A stretch of 41,060 nt of DNA from an uncultured Candidatus Saccharibacteria bacterium (GCA_964357635.1 CAYHLZ010000004.1:1-41060), one strand, 5' to 3'. Shown: positions 1-7,892, counted from the first letter of the stretch. Numbers and translations: made by a program. Notes: a model not told the origin generated them from the sequence alone.

Positions 1-467
1 GGGTAACGAACGCAACCCTCGTTGCCAGTTACAAGTGTCTGGCGAGACTGCCCCGATTTGTGCGCAGGAGAGGAGTCTCTAGTTTTAGTTTCTCGTGCGC
101 AGAAATCGGGGAGGAAGGCGAGGATGACGCCAGGTCAGCATGTCCCTTGATACCTTGGGCCACACGCATAATACAATCGCATCTACAACGGGTCGCGACG
201 GGGTAACCCCGAGCAAATCCTAAGAAAAGCGGCGTCAGTTCGGATTGGGGGCTGCAACTCGACCCCATGAAGTTGGAATTGCTAGTAATCGCGGGTCAGC
301 TATACCGCGGTGAATACGTTCTCAAGTCTTGTACTCACCGCCCGTCAAGTCAGGGAAGTTGGGAGTGCTCGAAGTCTCACGTATGTGAGCCTACGGTAAA
401 CTCAATGACAAGGACTAAGTCGTAACAAGGCACGGGTAGCGGAAGCTGCTCGTGGAGTAATTCAATT
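1..467 (+). rRNA. rrs: 16S rRNA, 3' portion (partial at window start)
   Basis: Conserved SSU motifs in order: AACGAACGCAACCC, GAGGAAGGCGAGGATGACG, GGAATTGCTAGTAATCGCG, GGTGAATACGTTC, TTGTACTCACCGCCCGTCA, AAGTCGTAACAAGG, then helix 45 (CACGGGTAGC-GGAA-GCTGCTCGTG, 431-454). The 3' end is placed by analogy to E. coli numbering. Confidence 0.97.
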
Positions 468-626
468 TGAAACCGCTTTCTCGAATAGAGATAGCTTATA
501 GAGTCGATATTTCAACATATGTTGGAGTGGACAATGATCGTCAGTACCTAAAATCGATCTGACAAACGGAAAGACGTCCCAAAGCCTTAAAAAGCCAAGG
601 AAAAACGGAACAAAATAGAGAACGAT

Positions 627-652
627 AGACCCCGCCGCAAGGCGGGGTTTGT
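627..652 (+). terminator. Hairpin downstream of 16S, probable end of the rRNA transcript
   Basis: AGACCCCGCC-GCAA-GGCGGGGTTT, a 10-bp stem with a GNRA loop. The U-tract is short. Confidence 0.6.
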
Positions 653-654
653 GC

Positions 655-682
655 TTGACAAAGTGGCACAACATGATATAAT
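655..682 (+). promoter_or_regulatory. Consensus sigma70 promoter
   Basis: TTGACA (655-660), 16-nt spacer, TGn extended -10 and TATAAT (677-682). Confidence 0.8.
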
Positions 683-710
683 GGTAGTGGGCTGAACACT
701 GGAGACTCTC

Positions 711-872
711 ATGAATCCGAATGGAATCATTGCACTCGTTGCCTTGGCACTCGTCGTGGCGCTCTCGTGGAAGCAACCGCTCTCCACGCAGGGCCCGTTT
801 CGACGGTCCAAACGCGGACTGCGAAGCGACGTTCGTGTCGCACTCGCTCTCTGCCCGCCGAGGTTTCGCTAA
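711..872 (+). CDS. Small 53-aa putative membrane peptide (not in ORF track)
   Basis: MNPNGIIALVALALVVALSWKQPLSTQGPFRRSKRGLRSDVRVALALCPPRFR: hydrophobic N-terminal segment and Arg-rich tail. It is preceded by GGAGA and lies between a consensus promoter and a terminator. Confidence 0.55.
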   Translation: MNPNGIIALVALALVVALSWKQPLSTQGPFRRSKRGLRSDVRVALALCPPRFR

Positions 873-893
873 TCGCGGACCTTCGAGAGAAGC

Positions 894-928
894 AAGAGAC
901 TGGACGCAAGTTCAGTCTCTTTTTATTT
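894..928 (+). terminator. Intrinsic terminator
   Basis: AAGAGACTGGAC-GCAA-GTTCAGTCTCTT followed by TTTATTT. Confidence 0.8.
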
Positions 929-955
929 GTTTGAAAGAGAGGTTTTTGCTATAGT
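927..955 (+). promoter_or_regulatory. Probable promoter for tRNA-Ile and downstream genes
   Basis: TTGTTT (927-932), 17-nt spacer, TGc-TATAGT (950-955), 13 nt upstream of the tRNA. Confidence 0.55.
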
Positions 956-968
956 TTCTCTTGAATTT

Positions 969-1044
969 GCGCGCATAGCTCAGTTGGTAGAGCATTCGAC
1001 TGATACTCGAAAGGTCCTAGGTTCGACCCCTAGTGCGCGCACCA
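969..1044 (+). tRNA. tRNA-Ile (anticodon GAT), CCA encoded
   Basis: Cloverleaf: acceptor GCGCGCA/TGCGCGC, D arm GCTC/GAGC, anticodon arm TTCGA-CTGATAC-TCGAA, T arm CTAGG-TTCGACC-CCTAG, then ACCA. Ile identity pairs C4:G69, U12:A23, C29:G41 and A73 are present. Confidence 0.96.
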
Positions 1045-1045
1045 C

Positions 1046-1918
1046 ATGAAAAAAAAGAAAGTTAAGATTGGGTTCATAGGGCAGGGATACGTCGGCAAAC
1101 ACAATGCTGACGACTTTGAAATGCGAGGGCATCATGTAGTACGTCATGCCAAGGAAAAACCGTATCATAAAAATAAGAATGCCATAAAAGATTGTGATGT
1201 TGTTTTTATCGCAGTTCCTGCTCCAACCACTCCAAAAGGATATGACGCAAGCATTATCCACTCTGTATTGTCTCTAACGGGGGTTGGCAAGATTGTCGTT
1301 TTGAAATCTACAATCTTTCCCGGGTTAACTGAAAAAATTCAAAGCAAATTTCCAGACAGAATAGTTTTACACTCTCCCGAATTTTTAAGCGAAGCAACTG
1401 CGAGTTATGACGCATCTCACCCTTTTGTAAATATTGTGGGAATGGCGAAGGATACTAGAGAACACAGGGAGGCAGCTAAACTTGTACACTCTATTTTACC
1501 AAAAGCACCCAAGAGTTTTACGCTGAAAAGCATTGAGGCAGAGGTTATAAAGTATGCGCACAACTGTAGCGGATATACCCAAATAATATTTTTTAACTTA
1601 ATACATGACCTAGCACAGAAAATGGGGGCAAATTGGAAAAATATTGAAGAAGCGATAAAAGCTGACCCACTAATACCAACTAGGTATGCCTCTCCGGTTC
1701 ACAAAAGTGGCAGGGGGGCTGGCGGACACTGTTTTATCAAAGACTTTGCTGCTTTCAGAGAAGTGTATGAAAAAATGCTTGGCGATCCTGTCGGGACAGC
1801 CATACTTAAACACATGGAAAAGAAAAATATTGACCTACTTATTTCTAGTGGTAAAGATGTAGAGATTCTTTCGGGCGTGTATAATATCACTAAGAAAAGT
1901 AAAAATGCCCAAAAATAG
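1046..1918 (+). CDS. UDP-glucose/GDP-mannose dehydrogenase family protein (short form)
   Basis: GQGYVG Rossmann motif, FIAVPAP, KSTIFPG, SPEFL, EVIKYAHN and catalytic GGHCFIKD. Confidence 0.88.
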   Translation: MKKKKVKIGFIGQGYVGKHNADDFEMRGHHVVRHAKEKPYHKNKNAIKDCDVVFIAVPAPTTPKGYDASIIHSVLSLTGVGKIVVLKSTIFPGLTEKIQSKFPDRIVLHSPEFLSEATASYDASHPFVNIVGMAKDTREHREAAKLVHSILPKAPKSFTLKSIEAEVIKYAHNCSGYTQIIFFNLIHDLAQKMGANWKNIEEAIKADPLIPTRYASPVHKSGRGAGGHCFIKDFAAFREVYEKMLGDPVGTAILKHMEKKNIDLLISSGKDVEILSGVYNITKKSKNAQK

Positions 1919-2171
1919 AATCATTATCACCTTAGGATTCCTGATAGCACTTCTGCCTTTTTTCGGCTTTCCACACATTTGGGAATCATTTTTCCAAGTG
2001 GCTAGCGGACTCGGAATTGTGTTACTCCTCATATGGGCAAGTATTGATAAGCGTCTTACCTTTAAAGCCAAGGCACAAAAACGCCAAGCACATAAGCTGA
2101 AGCAAGAAGAATTAGGGGCAGGAGAAGTCCCAACTAACAACGCGCCAATTGTGGAGGGAGAAAACATATAG
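1905..2171 (+). CDS. Small membrane protein with two predicted TM helices
   Basis: Two hydrophobic stretches and a charged tail; overlaps the upstream gene and ends 1 nt before the next ATG. Confidence 0.7.
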   Translation: MPKNRIIITLGFLIALLPFFGFPHIWESFFQVASGLGIVLLLIWASIDKRLTFKAKAQKRQAHKLKQEELGAGEVPTNNAPIVEGENI

Positions 2172-2172
2172 C

Positions 2173-3339
2173 ATGCCAAAGCTAAAGGGAAGCATAATCT
2201 TAATCTTTTTGGCAGGATTTGTTCTTTTGTTTTTTATTTTTGGTTTGCCATATTTGTTAAAGGCAAGCTACAATGCTTCTTCAAACTCCCTGGTGAGCGT
2301 AACCACTTCTTTACCCAGTCTTCCTCCGGTAGTTCACCTAAAGACACCCGAACCCCTTAAGGCACTTTACATGACTGCTTGTGTTGCCGGCACACCCTCG
2401 TGGCGCACTAGTCTTAAAAAACTTATTGAGACCACAGAGCTCAATGCGGTAGTTATAGATATTAAGGATTACACAGGGGTTGTTTCATTTGAAAACGATT
2501 TTCCAAAGACTGATGTTGAGCGTGGATGTGTAGTTTCCGATATGAAGGAGTTTGTTAAGGAGCTTCACGATGCGAACATTTATGTCATAGGACGTATATC
2601 TGTTTTTCAGGATCCATCTTATACAAAACTTTTCCCAGAATTAGCAGTTAGGAAAATAAGTGATGGTAGTGTCTGGAAAGATTATAAAGGGCTTTCTTTT
2701 ATAGATGTTGGAGCCAAACCGTACTGGGATTATATTGTGGAACTCTCTAAAGTTTCTTTTGAAATGGGTTTTGATGAAATAAATTATGACTATGTGCGCT
2801 ATCCATCGGATGGCAATATGCAAGATACCCACTACAGCTGGACTGTTGGCACGACGACAAAGCCAGAAATGCTCAAAAGCTTTTTTAAGTATCTTCACGA
2901 TGAAATGCGAAAGACAGATGCCAAGCTCTCGGTTGATCTCTTTGGCATGACCACAACGGTTACGGTAGATATGAACATCGGACAAATCTTGGAAAATACC
3001 CTGCCTTACTTTGACTACGTTTCTCCCATGGTATACCCGTCTCATTATCCCAAATCTTGGAGTGGTTTCTCTAATCCAGCAGATAATCCTTATGAGGTTA
3101 TAAAGATTTCAATGTCTGGGGCACTTGAAAGGGAAGGGGCGTGGCGCATATCGGAAGGCCTTGCCACTACCACAGCGTCTAAAATGCGCCCTTGGCTACA
3201 AGACTTTAACCTTGGTGCTACCTATGGACCAGACAAGATTCGCTCACAGATTCAAGCAACCTATGACATCGGGCTTTCAAGCTGGATGCTTTGGAATGCG
3301 GGCAATAAATACACCACTGCCGCACTTCTCTCCGAGTAA
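2173..3339 (+). CDS. Membrane-anchored putative glycoside hydrolase (DUF4015-like)
   Basis: N-terminal TM, then TELNAVVIDIKD, GFDEINYDYVRYPSDG, SPMVYPSHY and RPWLQDF. Start placed at ATG 2173. Confidence 0.8.
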   Translation: MPKLKGSIILIFLAGFVLLFFIFGLPYLLKASYNASSNSLVSVTTSLPSLPPVVHLKTPEPLKALYMTACVAGTPSWRTSLKKLIETTELNAVVIDIKDYTGVVSFENDFPKTDVERGCVVSDMKEFVKELHDANIYVIGRISVFQDPSYTKLFPELAVRKISDGSVWKDYKGLSFIDVGAKPYWDYIVELSKVSFEMGFDEINYDYVRYPSDGNMQDTHYSWTVGTTTKPEMLKSFFKYLHDEMRKTDAKLSVDLFGMTTTVTVDMNIGQILENTLPYFDYVSPMVYPSHYPKSWSGFSNPADNPYEVIKISMSGALEREGAWRISEGLATTTASKMRPWLQDFNLGATYGPDKIRSQIQATYDIGLSSWMLWNAGNKYTTAALLSE

Positions 3340-3344
3340 GCTAA

Positions 3345-4688
3345 CTACTTGCGAGCACTGATAAGTTTAAGAAATTGGTCGTTTCTTTCGTATTCATTCT
3401 TAAACATTCCGAAGGAAGCAAAACCAGGACTAAACAAAATAACATCGTTTTTTTCAGAGACCTTAAACGCTTCTTTCAACGCATCTTTCAAACTAGCTAC
3501 TTCTTTAAAGTTTGAGTTCAATTTGTTTTTTAAATGTTCGGTACCCGTGCCTTTTAAAAGTATTGTTTTGTGACAAAACTTTTTGATTGTCTGTACTAGC
3601 CGAGAGAGGTCAAGTTCTTTATCAGAGCCACCACATATTAGTATTATGTTTTTGTGTTTTCCATAAACTGCCTCTATCCCAGCTATCGTCGCCTCTGGGG
3701 TGGTGGCGTTGTTATCGTTTATTATTTCTACACCACTCTTCTTTCCTAGATACTCTAGTCTTCCTTCTAGACCGGGAAAAGTTTCAAGTGCCCGACAGAT
3801 TTCTTCATTTTTTAGCCCAAGAATTCTTGCTGTCTCGTAAGCATAAGAAGCGTTTTGAATATTGTGGTTGCCCAATATGTTCATAGAAACACTTGCTACT
3901 TTTGAAGTGCTTGGCAAAAGGACTTTTCCCTTAGGTTTAGTGGTCAATGTTTTCAGAAGATTTTTATTGGTTATTAGGAAATCTTTACTGGTTTGAAACT
4001 TGTAAATATTTTCCTTGTCAGAAAGATATTTTTTAGGATTTCCTTTGTAATAATTCATATGGTCGCTCATCAGGTTGGTAAACACAGAAATATGCGGAGA
4101 AATTTTCTCATCTCCAAAACCTTGAAGTTGCCATGAATCAAGCTCTAGAACCACGAAATCTTTAGGGTTAACTTTCTTGATAAGTGGTAAGGTTGCCTTC
4201 TCTCGCATATTGCCTCCAAGATAAACATCGCCACCAAGAGCTTTTTTATTCGCTTTTAAAATATGGTAAATAACGGCAGTTGTCATAGATTTGCCACGAG
4301 TACCTGTGATACCTATGACAGTGACTTTTGGTTTTATATTCTCTACTAACTTGGCAAAAAGGGAGGCATCCATGGCAATGGGAACACCCTTAGTGTGTGC
4401 GTGCTTGATATAAAGCGAGTCTAAGGGTACTCCGGCAGCTTTTATTATCAAATCTACCTTTTCAAAATCTTTAAAGTCGTGCCTTCCAAGAACAAAGCGA
4501 ATCTTATATTTTTTAAGAGCCTTAATTGAGCTCCAAAGAGCCTCTCTATTTTTAAGGTCTGTTACCGTTACACTTGCCCCGCATTCTGCTAAAAATTTTG
4601 TGACCTGAAGACCACGGCCAAGCACCCCCAGTCCCATTACAGTGATTTTTTTACCTCTAAAAAATGATTCGTATTTTTTTCTCTCCAT
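3345..4688 (-). CDS. murD: UDP-N-acetylmuramoyl-L-alanine--D-glutamate ligase
   Basis: MGLGVLGRG, GITGTRGKSMTT P-loop, LELDSWQL, DHMNYY, GRLE, ICGGSDK and SPGFASFGMFKNEYER. Confidence 0.9.
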   Translation of the reverse strand: MERKKYESFFRGKKITVMGLGVLGRGLQVTKFLAECGASVTVTDLKNREALWSSIKALKKYKIRFVLGRHDFKDFEKVDLIIKAAGVPLDSLYIKHAHTKGVPIAMDASLFAKLVENIKPKVTVIGITGTRGKSMTTAVIYHILKANKKALGGDVYLGGNMREKATLPLIKKVNPKDFVVLELDSWQLQGFGDEKISPHISVFTNLMSDHMNYYKGNPKKYLSDKENIYKFQTSKDFLITNKNLLKTLTTKPKGKVLLPSTSKVASVSMNILGNHNIQNASYAYETARILGLKNEEICRALETFPGLEGRLEYLGKKSGVEIINDNNATTPEATIAGIEAVYGKHKNIILICGGSDKELDLSRLVQTIKKFCHKTILLKGTGTEHLKNKLNSNFKEVASLKDALKEAFKVSEKNDVILFSPGFASFGMFKNEYERNDQFLKLISARK

Positions 4689-6121
4689 CAGTCTTTATCA
4701 AAGAGTTTTTCCAATATTTTTTTCTCTGAAAATGGAATCCTACCATCTTTTAAAAACTGATAATCTTCATGACCCTTACCAGCGAGAAGAATGATGTCTC
4801 CAGGTTTTGCGTGCTCATATGCGATTTTAATGGCCTTGACCCTGTCAATTTCGCACTCATATCGACCGGTCTGGGGTGGCAAGTTTTGAGTTATATCCTT
4901 CATAATCTTTTCCGGGTCTTCATTTTTTGGATTATCCGACGAGAAAACAACATAATCAGAAAGCTCACACGCAATTTCTCCCATTATAGGTCTCTTGGTC
5001 ACATCACCCTCACCGTTACAACCAACCACTGTTATGATTCTTGCTGTCGGTACAATTTCTCGCAATGTTTTTAAAACATTTTCTAGAGCATCAGGAGTGT
5101 GGGCGAAATCAATGATTCCACTAACACCTTTTTCTGATTTAATAAATTCCATTCTACCAGCTGGTGATTCAAGCGAGGCGAGAAGAGAAATGGCTTTGTC
5201 CTCCGGCGCGCCTAAGAGTTTCGCCACCGTATAGACACCAAGGACATTGTGAGCGTTGAAGGTTCCTATTAGTTTTGACTTTATCACTTTACCGTCAAAC
5301 GACATGCTTAATCCGTCAGCGGACTGCTTCAAATTTTTATCCTTAAGCGAGAATAAATATTTTCTTGCACGAGTCTCGCTCAAAATATACTCACTCCACA
5401 GATCATCTTCATTTGCGACAGCAAATGCTTTTTCTGAAAGATTATCAAAAAGCTCTTTCTTGGCTTTCGCATAATTTTCCATAGTCTTATGATAGTTGAG
5501 ATGGTCGTGTGTCAGGTTAGTGAAGAGTGCCCCAGCAAACTCAAGCCCACCCACACGTTTTTGGTCAAGAGCGTGGGAAGTGCACTCCATAAAAGCATAT
5601 TGGCAACCCGCCTTTACAGCTTCGTTTAGAAATGAAGTCAGAACTATCTGGTCTGGAGTGGTAGTAGTGGCCGGGTAGGTTTTCTTGCCGATTCGGTTCT
5701 CTATAGTGGAGAGTAGAGCGCTTGGGTGTCCGAGTGCCTCAAAAAGGTTGAAGAGCATGGTGGCGGTAGTCGTTTTGCCATTTGTGCCTGTTACGCCGAT
5801 GAGTTTCAGTTTCTTAGATGGATGGCCATAAAAATTTTGTGCTAAGAGAGCTAGGGCAATGTGACTTTCCTTCACTTGAACATAAACAATCCCAGAAATT
5901 TTTTCTATGGATTCCTTATCGTAAATAATTGCTATTGCGCCACTCTTAACAGCGCTTTCTATAAAATTGTGCCCGTCACTTACATTGCCTCTAACTGCCA
6001 CGAAGACGGAATTCTTTTTTACAAACCGAGAATCAAAGTGAATTGACGCTATTTTTGTAGACGTATCATTAGTCTGTTTTAAGACTTCAAGACCAGATAT
6101 AAGTTCAGATAGATTCTTCAT
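4688..6121 (-). CDS. murE: UDP-N-acetylmuramoyl-dipeptide--amino acid ligase
   Basis: DSRFV, GVTGTNGKTTT, TTPD, FTNLTHDHL, GRME, DFAHTPDAL, SDNPK and AGKGHE. Its stop overlaps the murD start. Confidence 0.93.
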   Translation of the reverse strand: MKNLSELISGLEVLKQTNDTSTKIASIHFDSRFVKKNSVFVAVRGNVSDGHNFIESAVKSGAIAIIYDKESIEKISGIVYVQVKESHIALALLAQNFYGHPSKKLKLIGVTGTNGKTTTATMLFNLFEALGHPSALLSTIENRIGKKTYPATTTTPDQIVLTSFLNEAVKAGCQYAFMECTSHALDQKRVGGLEFAGALFTNLTHDHLNYHKTMENYAKAKKELFDNLSEKAFAVANEDDLWSEYILSETRARKYLFSLKDKNLKQSADGLSMSFDGKVIKSKLIGTFNAHNVLGVYTVAKLLGAPEDKAISLLASLESPAGRMEFIKSEKGVSGIIDFAHTPDALENVLKTLREIVPTARIITVVGCNGEGDVTKRPIMGEIACELSDYVVFSSDNPKNEDPEKIMKDITQNLPPQTGRYECEIDRVKAIKIAYEHAKPGDIILLAGKGHEDYQFLKDGRIPFSEKKILEKLFDKD

Positions 6122-6147
6122 GTGCTATATTATCCACTATTATAGAG

Positions 6148-7461
6148 ATGTTTAAAGCAAAGCACGTCCATTTTATAGGTGTTGGTGGCATCGGTGTTTC
6201 AGCTGTAGCTAAGATGGTTTTGGGTAGGAAAGTTGCCGTTTCTGGCTCTGATCTCAATGATTCAGCACTTATAGATGAGTTGAGAAAAGGTGGCGCCGTT
6301 ATTTACCTTGGCCACGACGCCAAAAATGTTCCTGCCGACTGCGAATTAGTAGTCTACACCAATGCCCTTAGAGAAGACAATCCAGAGCTACTTGAAGCCG
6401 AGAAAAGGGGACTCAAAAAACTCTCTTATCCAGAAGCTTTGGGAGAAATTTCTCGTGGGCAATTTGTCATAGCCATATCAGGAAATGCTGGTAAAACAAC
6501 CACTACAGCGATGATTGGGCAGATTTTAATTAATGCAGATCTTCACCCGACAATAATAGTTGGTAGTCTTGCAAATTTTGTGGATCAGAACGGCAAGACA
6601 GAAAAAACCAACTTTGTCCTTGGTAATGGAAAGTATTTTGTCGTTGAAGCTGATGAGTATAAAAGAGCTTTCTTAAATTTAGAACCAAATATTTTAGTAA
6701 TTAATAATATTGAGGCAGACCACCTAGATTACTACAAGAATCTAGACGACATCCAAAATGCTTTTGCCGAACTTGTAACCAAAATTCCAAAAAATGGTTT
6801 TGTAATTTGTCGAGCTAAAGATAAAAACGTCATGCCACTTTTAGCTCGAGCTCGCGCAAAAATTCTTGACTATACGGACACATCCCTCTCAAACTATTCC
6901 ATCTCTTTGCCTGGCGAGCACAATAGAGATAACGCCAAGGCAGCCATAGCTGTTGCCGATATTTTAGGTATTGAAAAAGAAGTGACAAAGAAATCTCTTT
7001 CCAATTTTATTGGTCCATGGAGACGCTTTGAATACAAAGGAAAAACTAAGAGCGGGGCTATTCTTTATGACGACTACGCACACAATCCGAGAAAGATTAG
7101 GGCGGTTATCGCTGGTGCCAAAGAAAAGTTCCCAGAAAAAAGAATTGTAATAATTTTTCAACCACACCTTTTTAGTCGCACAAAACATTTGTTGGGAGAA
7201 CTCTCAGAAAGTTTTCTTGGTGCTGATAGAGTTATAGTCACACCCATCTATGCGGCTCGCGAGAGCGTGGACCCAAGCATCACACACAGTTCTCTTAGAG
7301 ATGCGATTATTGTTTCCCAAACAGTTAAGCAAGTTGAAACGGCAGATTCTTTTAACTCTGTAAAAGACATGCTTGAGACAGAGGGTGAGGGGACAGTTTG
7401 CCTAACTATTGGTGCTGGAGATATCCACAGTCTAAGCAACTTAATACTTGACAAAAGCTAG
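6148..7461 (+). CDS. murC: UDP-N-acetylmuramate--L-alanine ligase
   Basis: HFIGVGGIGVSAVA, GSD, GKTTT, VEADEY, NIEADHLDYY, DDYAH, FQPHLFSRT and GAGDI. Confidence 0.93.
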   Translation: MFKAKHVHFIGVGGIGVSAVAKMVLGRKVAVSGSDLNDSALIDELRKGGAVIYLGHDAKNVPADCELVVYTNALREDNPELLEAEKRGLKKLSYPEALGEISRGQFVIAISGNAGKTTTTAMIGQILINADLHPTIIVGSLANFVDQNGKTEKTNFVLGNGKYFVVEADEYKRAFLNLEPNILVINNIEADHLDYYKNLDDIQNAFAELVTKIPKNGFVICRAKDKNVMPLLARARAKILDYTDTSLSNYSISLPGEHNRDNAKAAIAVADILGIEKEVTKKSLSNFIGPWRRFEYKGKTKSGAILYDDYAHNPRKIRAVIAGAKEKFPEKRIVIIFQPHLFSRTKHLLGELSESFLGADRVIVTPIYAARESVDPSITHSSLRDAIIVSQTVKQVETADSFNSVKDMLETEGEGTVCLTIGAGDIHSLSNLILDKS

Positions 7462-7476
7462 TTAAAGGTGTACACT
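7448..7476 (+). promoter_or_regulatory. Sigma70 promoter for the orphan ORF
   Basis: TTGACA (7448-7453), 17-nt spacer, TACACT (7471-7476). Confidence 0.7.
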
Positions 7477-7509
7477 TGTATTTAGAATACAGTCAACAGG
7501 GAGAGATTC

Positions 7510-7815
7510 ATGGACTCTGGGATTCGCGAAGAAATCCAGTCTCCAGAAATCGTTTCCTGGAGACTTGTCAAAGAACACCTGCTTGGTGTCAAGGCAGAAA
7601 TAAGAAAGAGTGGTGGAAAAATTGACCACCGCTACGCCTTTGATGATTTGGCATGTTGGAAGCGACACCCTGAGTATTTTCCGGAAGAATTCAGGGGAAG
7701 GGTGACATACCTCTGGAATACACTCGAGAGCCAGGGTAGTTTCCACGAAGTTGAATTCGTATTGCTTGATCGTCGTGGGCGAGTTGAGTCACATCGGCAG
7801 ATTTTCTTCATATAG
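7510..7815 (+). CDS. Hypothetical protein (101 aa orphan)
   Basis: Has its own promoter, a GGAGA leader and a downstream hairpin. No motif recognised. Confidence 0.6.
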   Translation: MDSGIREEIQSPEIVSWRLVKEHLLGVKAEIRKSGGKIDHRYAFDDLACWKRHPEYFPEEFRGRVTYLWNTLESQGSFHEVEFVLLDRRGRVESHRQIFFI

Positions 7816-7850
7816 GCCCAGCGTGCGTGCGCGCTGGGCTTTCCTTTTAT
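7815..7850 (+). terminator. Intrinsic terminator
   Basis: GGCCCAGCGTG-CGTG-CGCGCTGGGCT followed by TTCCTTTTAT. Confidence 0.65.
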
Positions 7851-7892
7851 TTAAAACAAGTTAGACCTATTTTGTTGTATAATATTAAAATA

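Noticed and set aside
29-268. 79-aa minus-strand ORF
   Set aside because: Antisense to the 16S rRNA; spurious.
462-954. Track ORFs 462-776(-), 587-811(-), 721-954(+) and 727-909(-)
   Set aside because: They cross promoter or terminator elements and have no recognisable protein features. The 711-872 frame fits the signals better.
980-1261. 93-aa minus-strand ORF
   Set aside because: Antisense to tRNA-Ile and the dehydrogenase gene.
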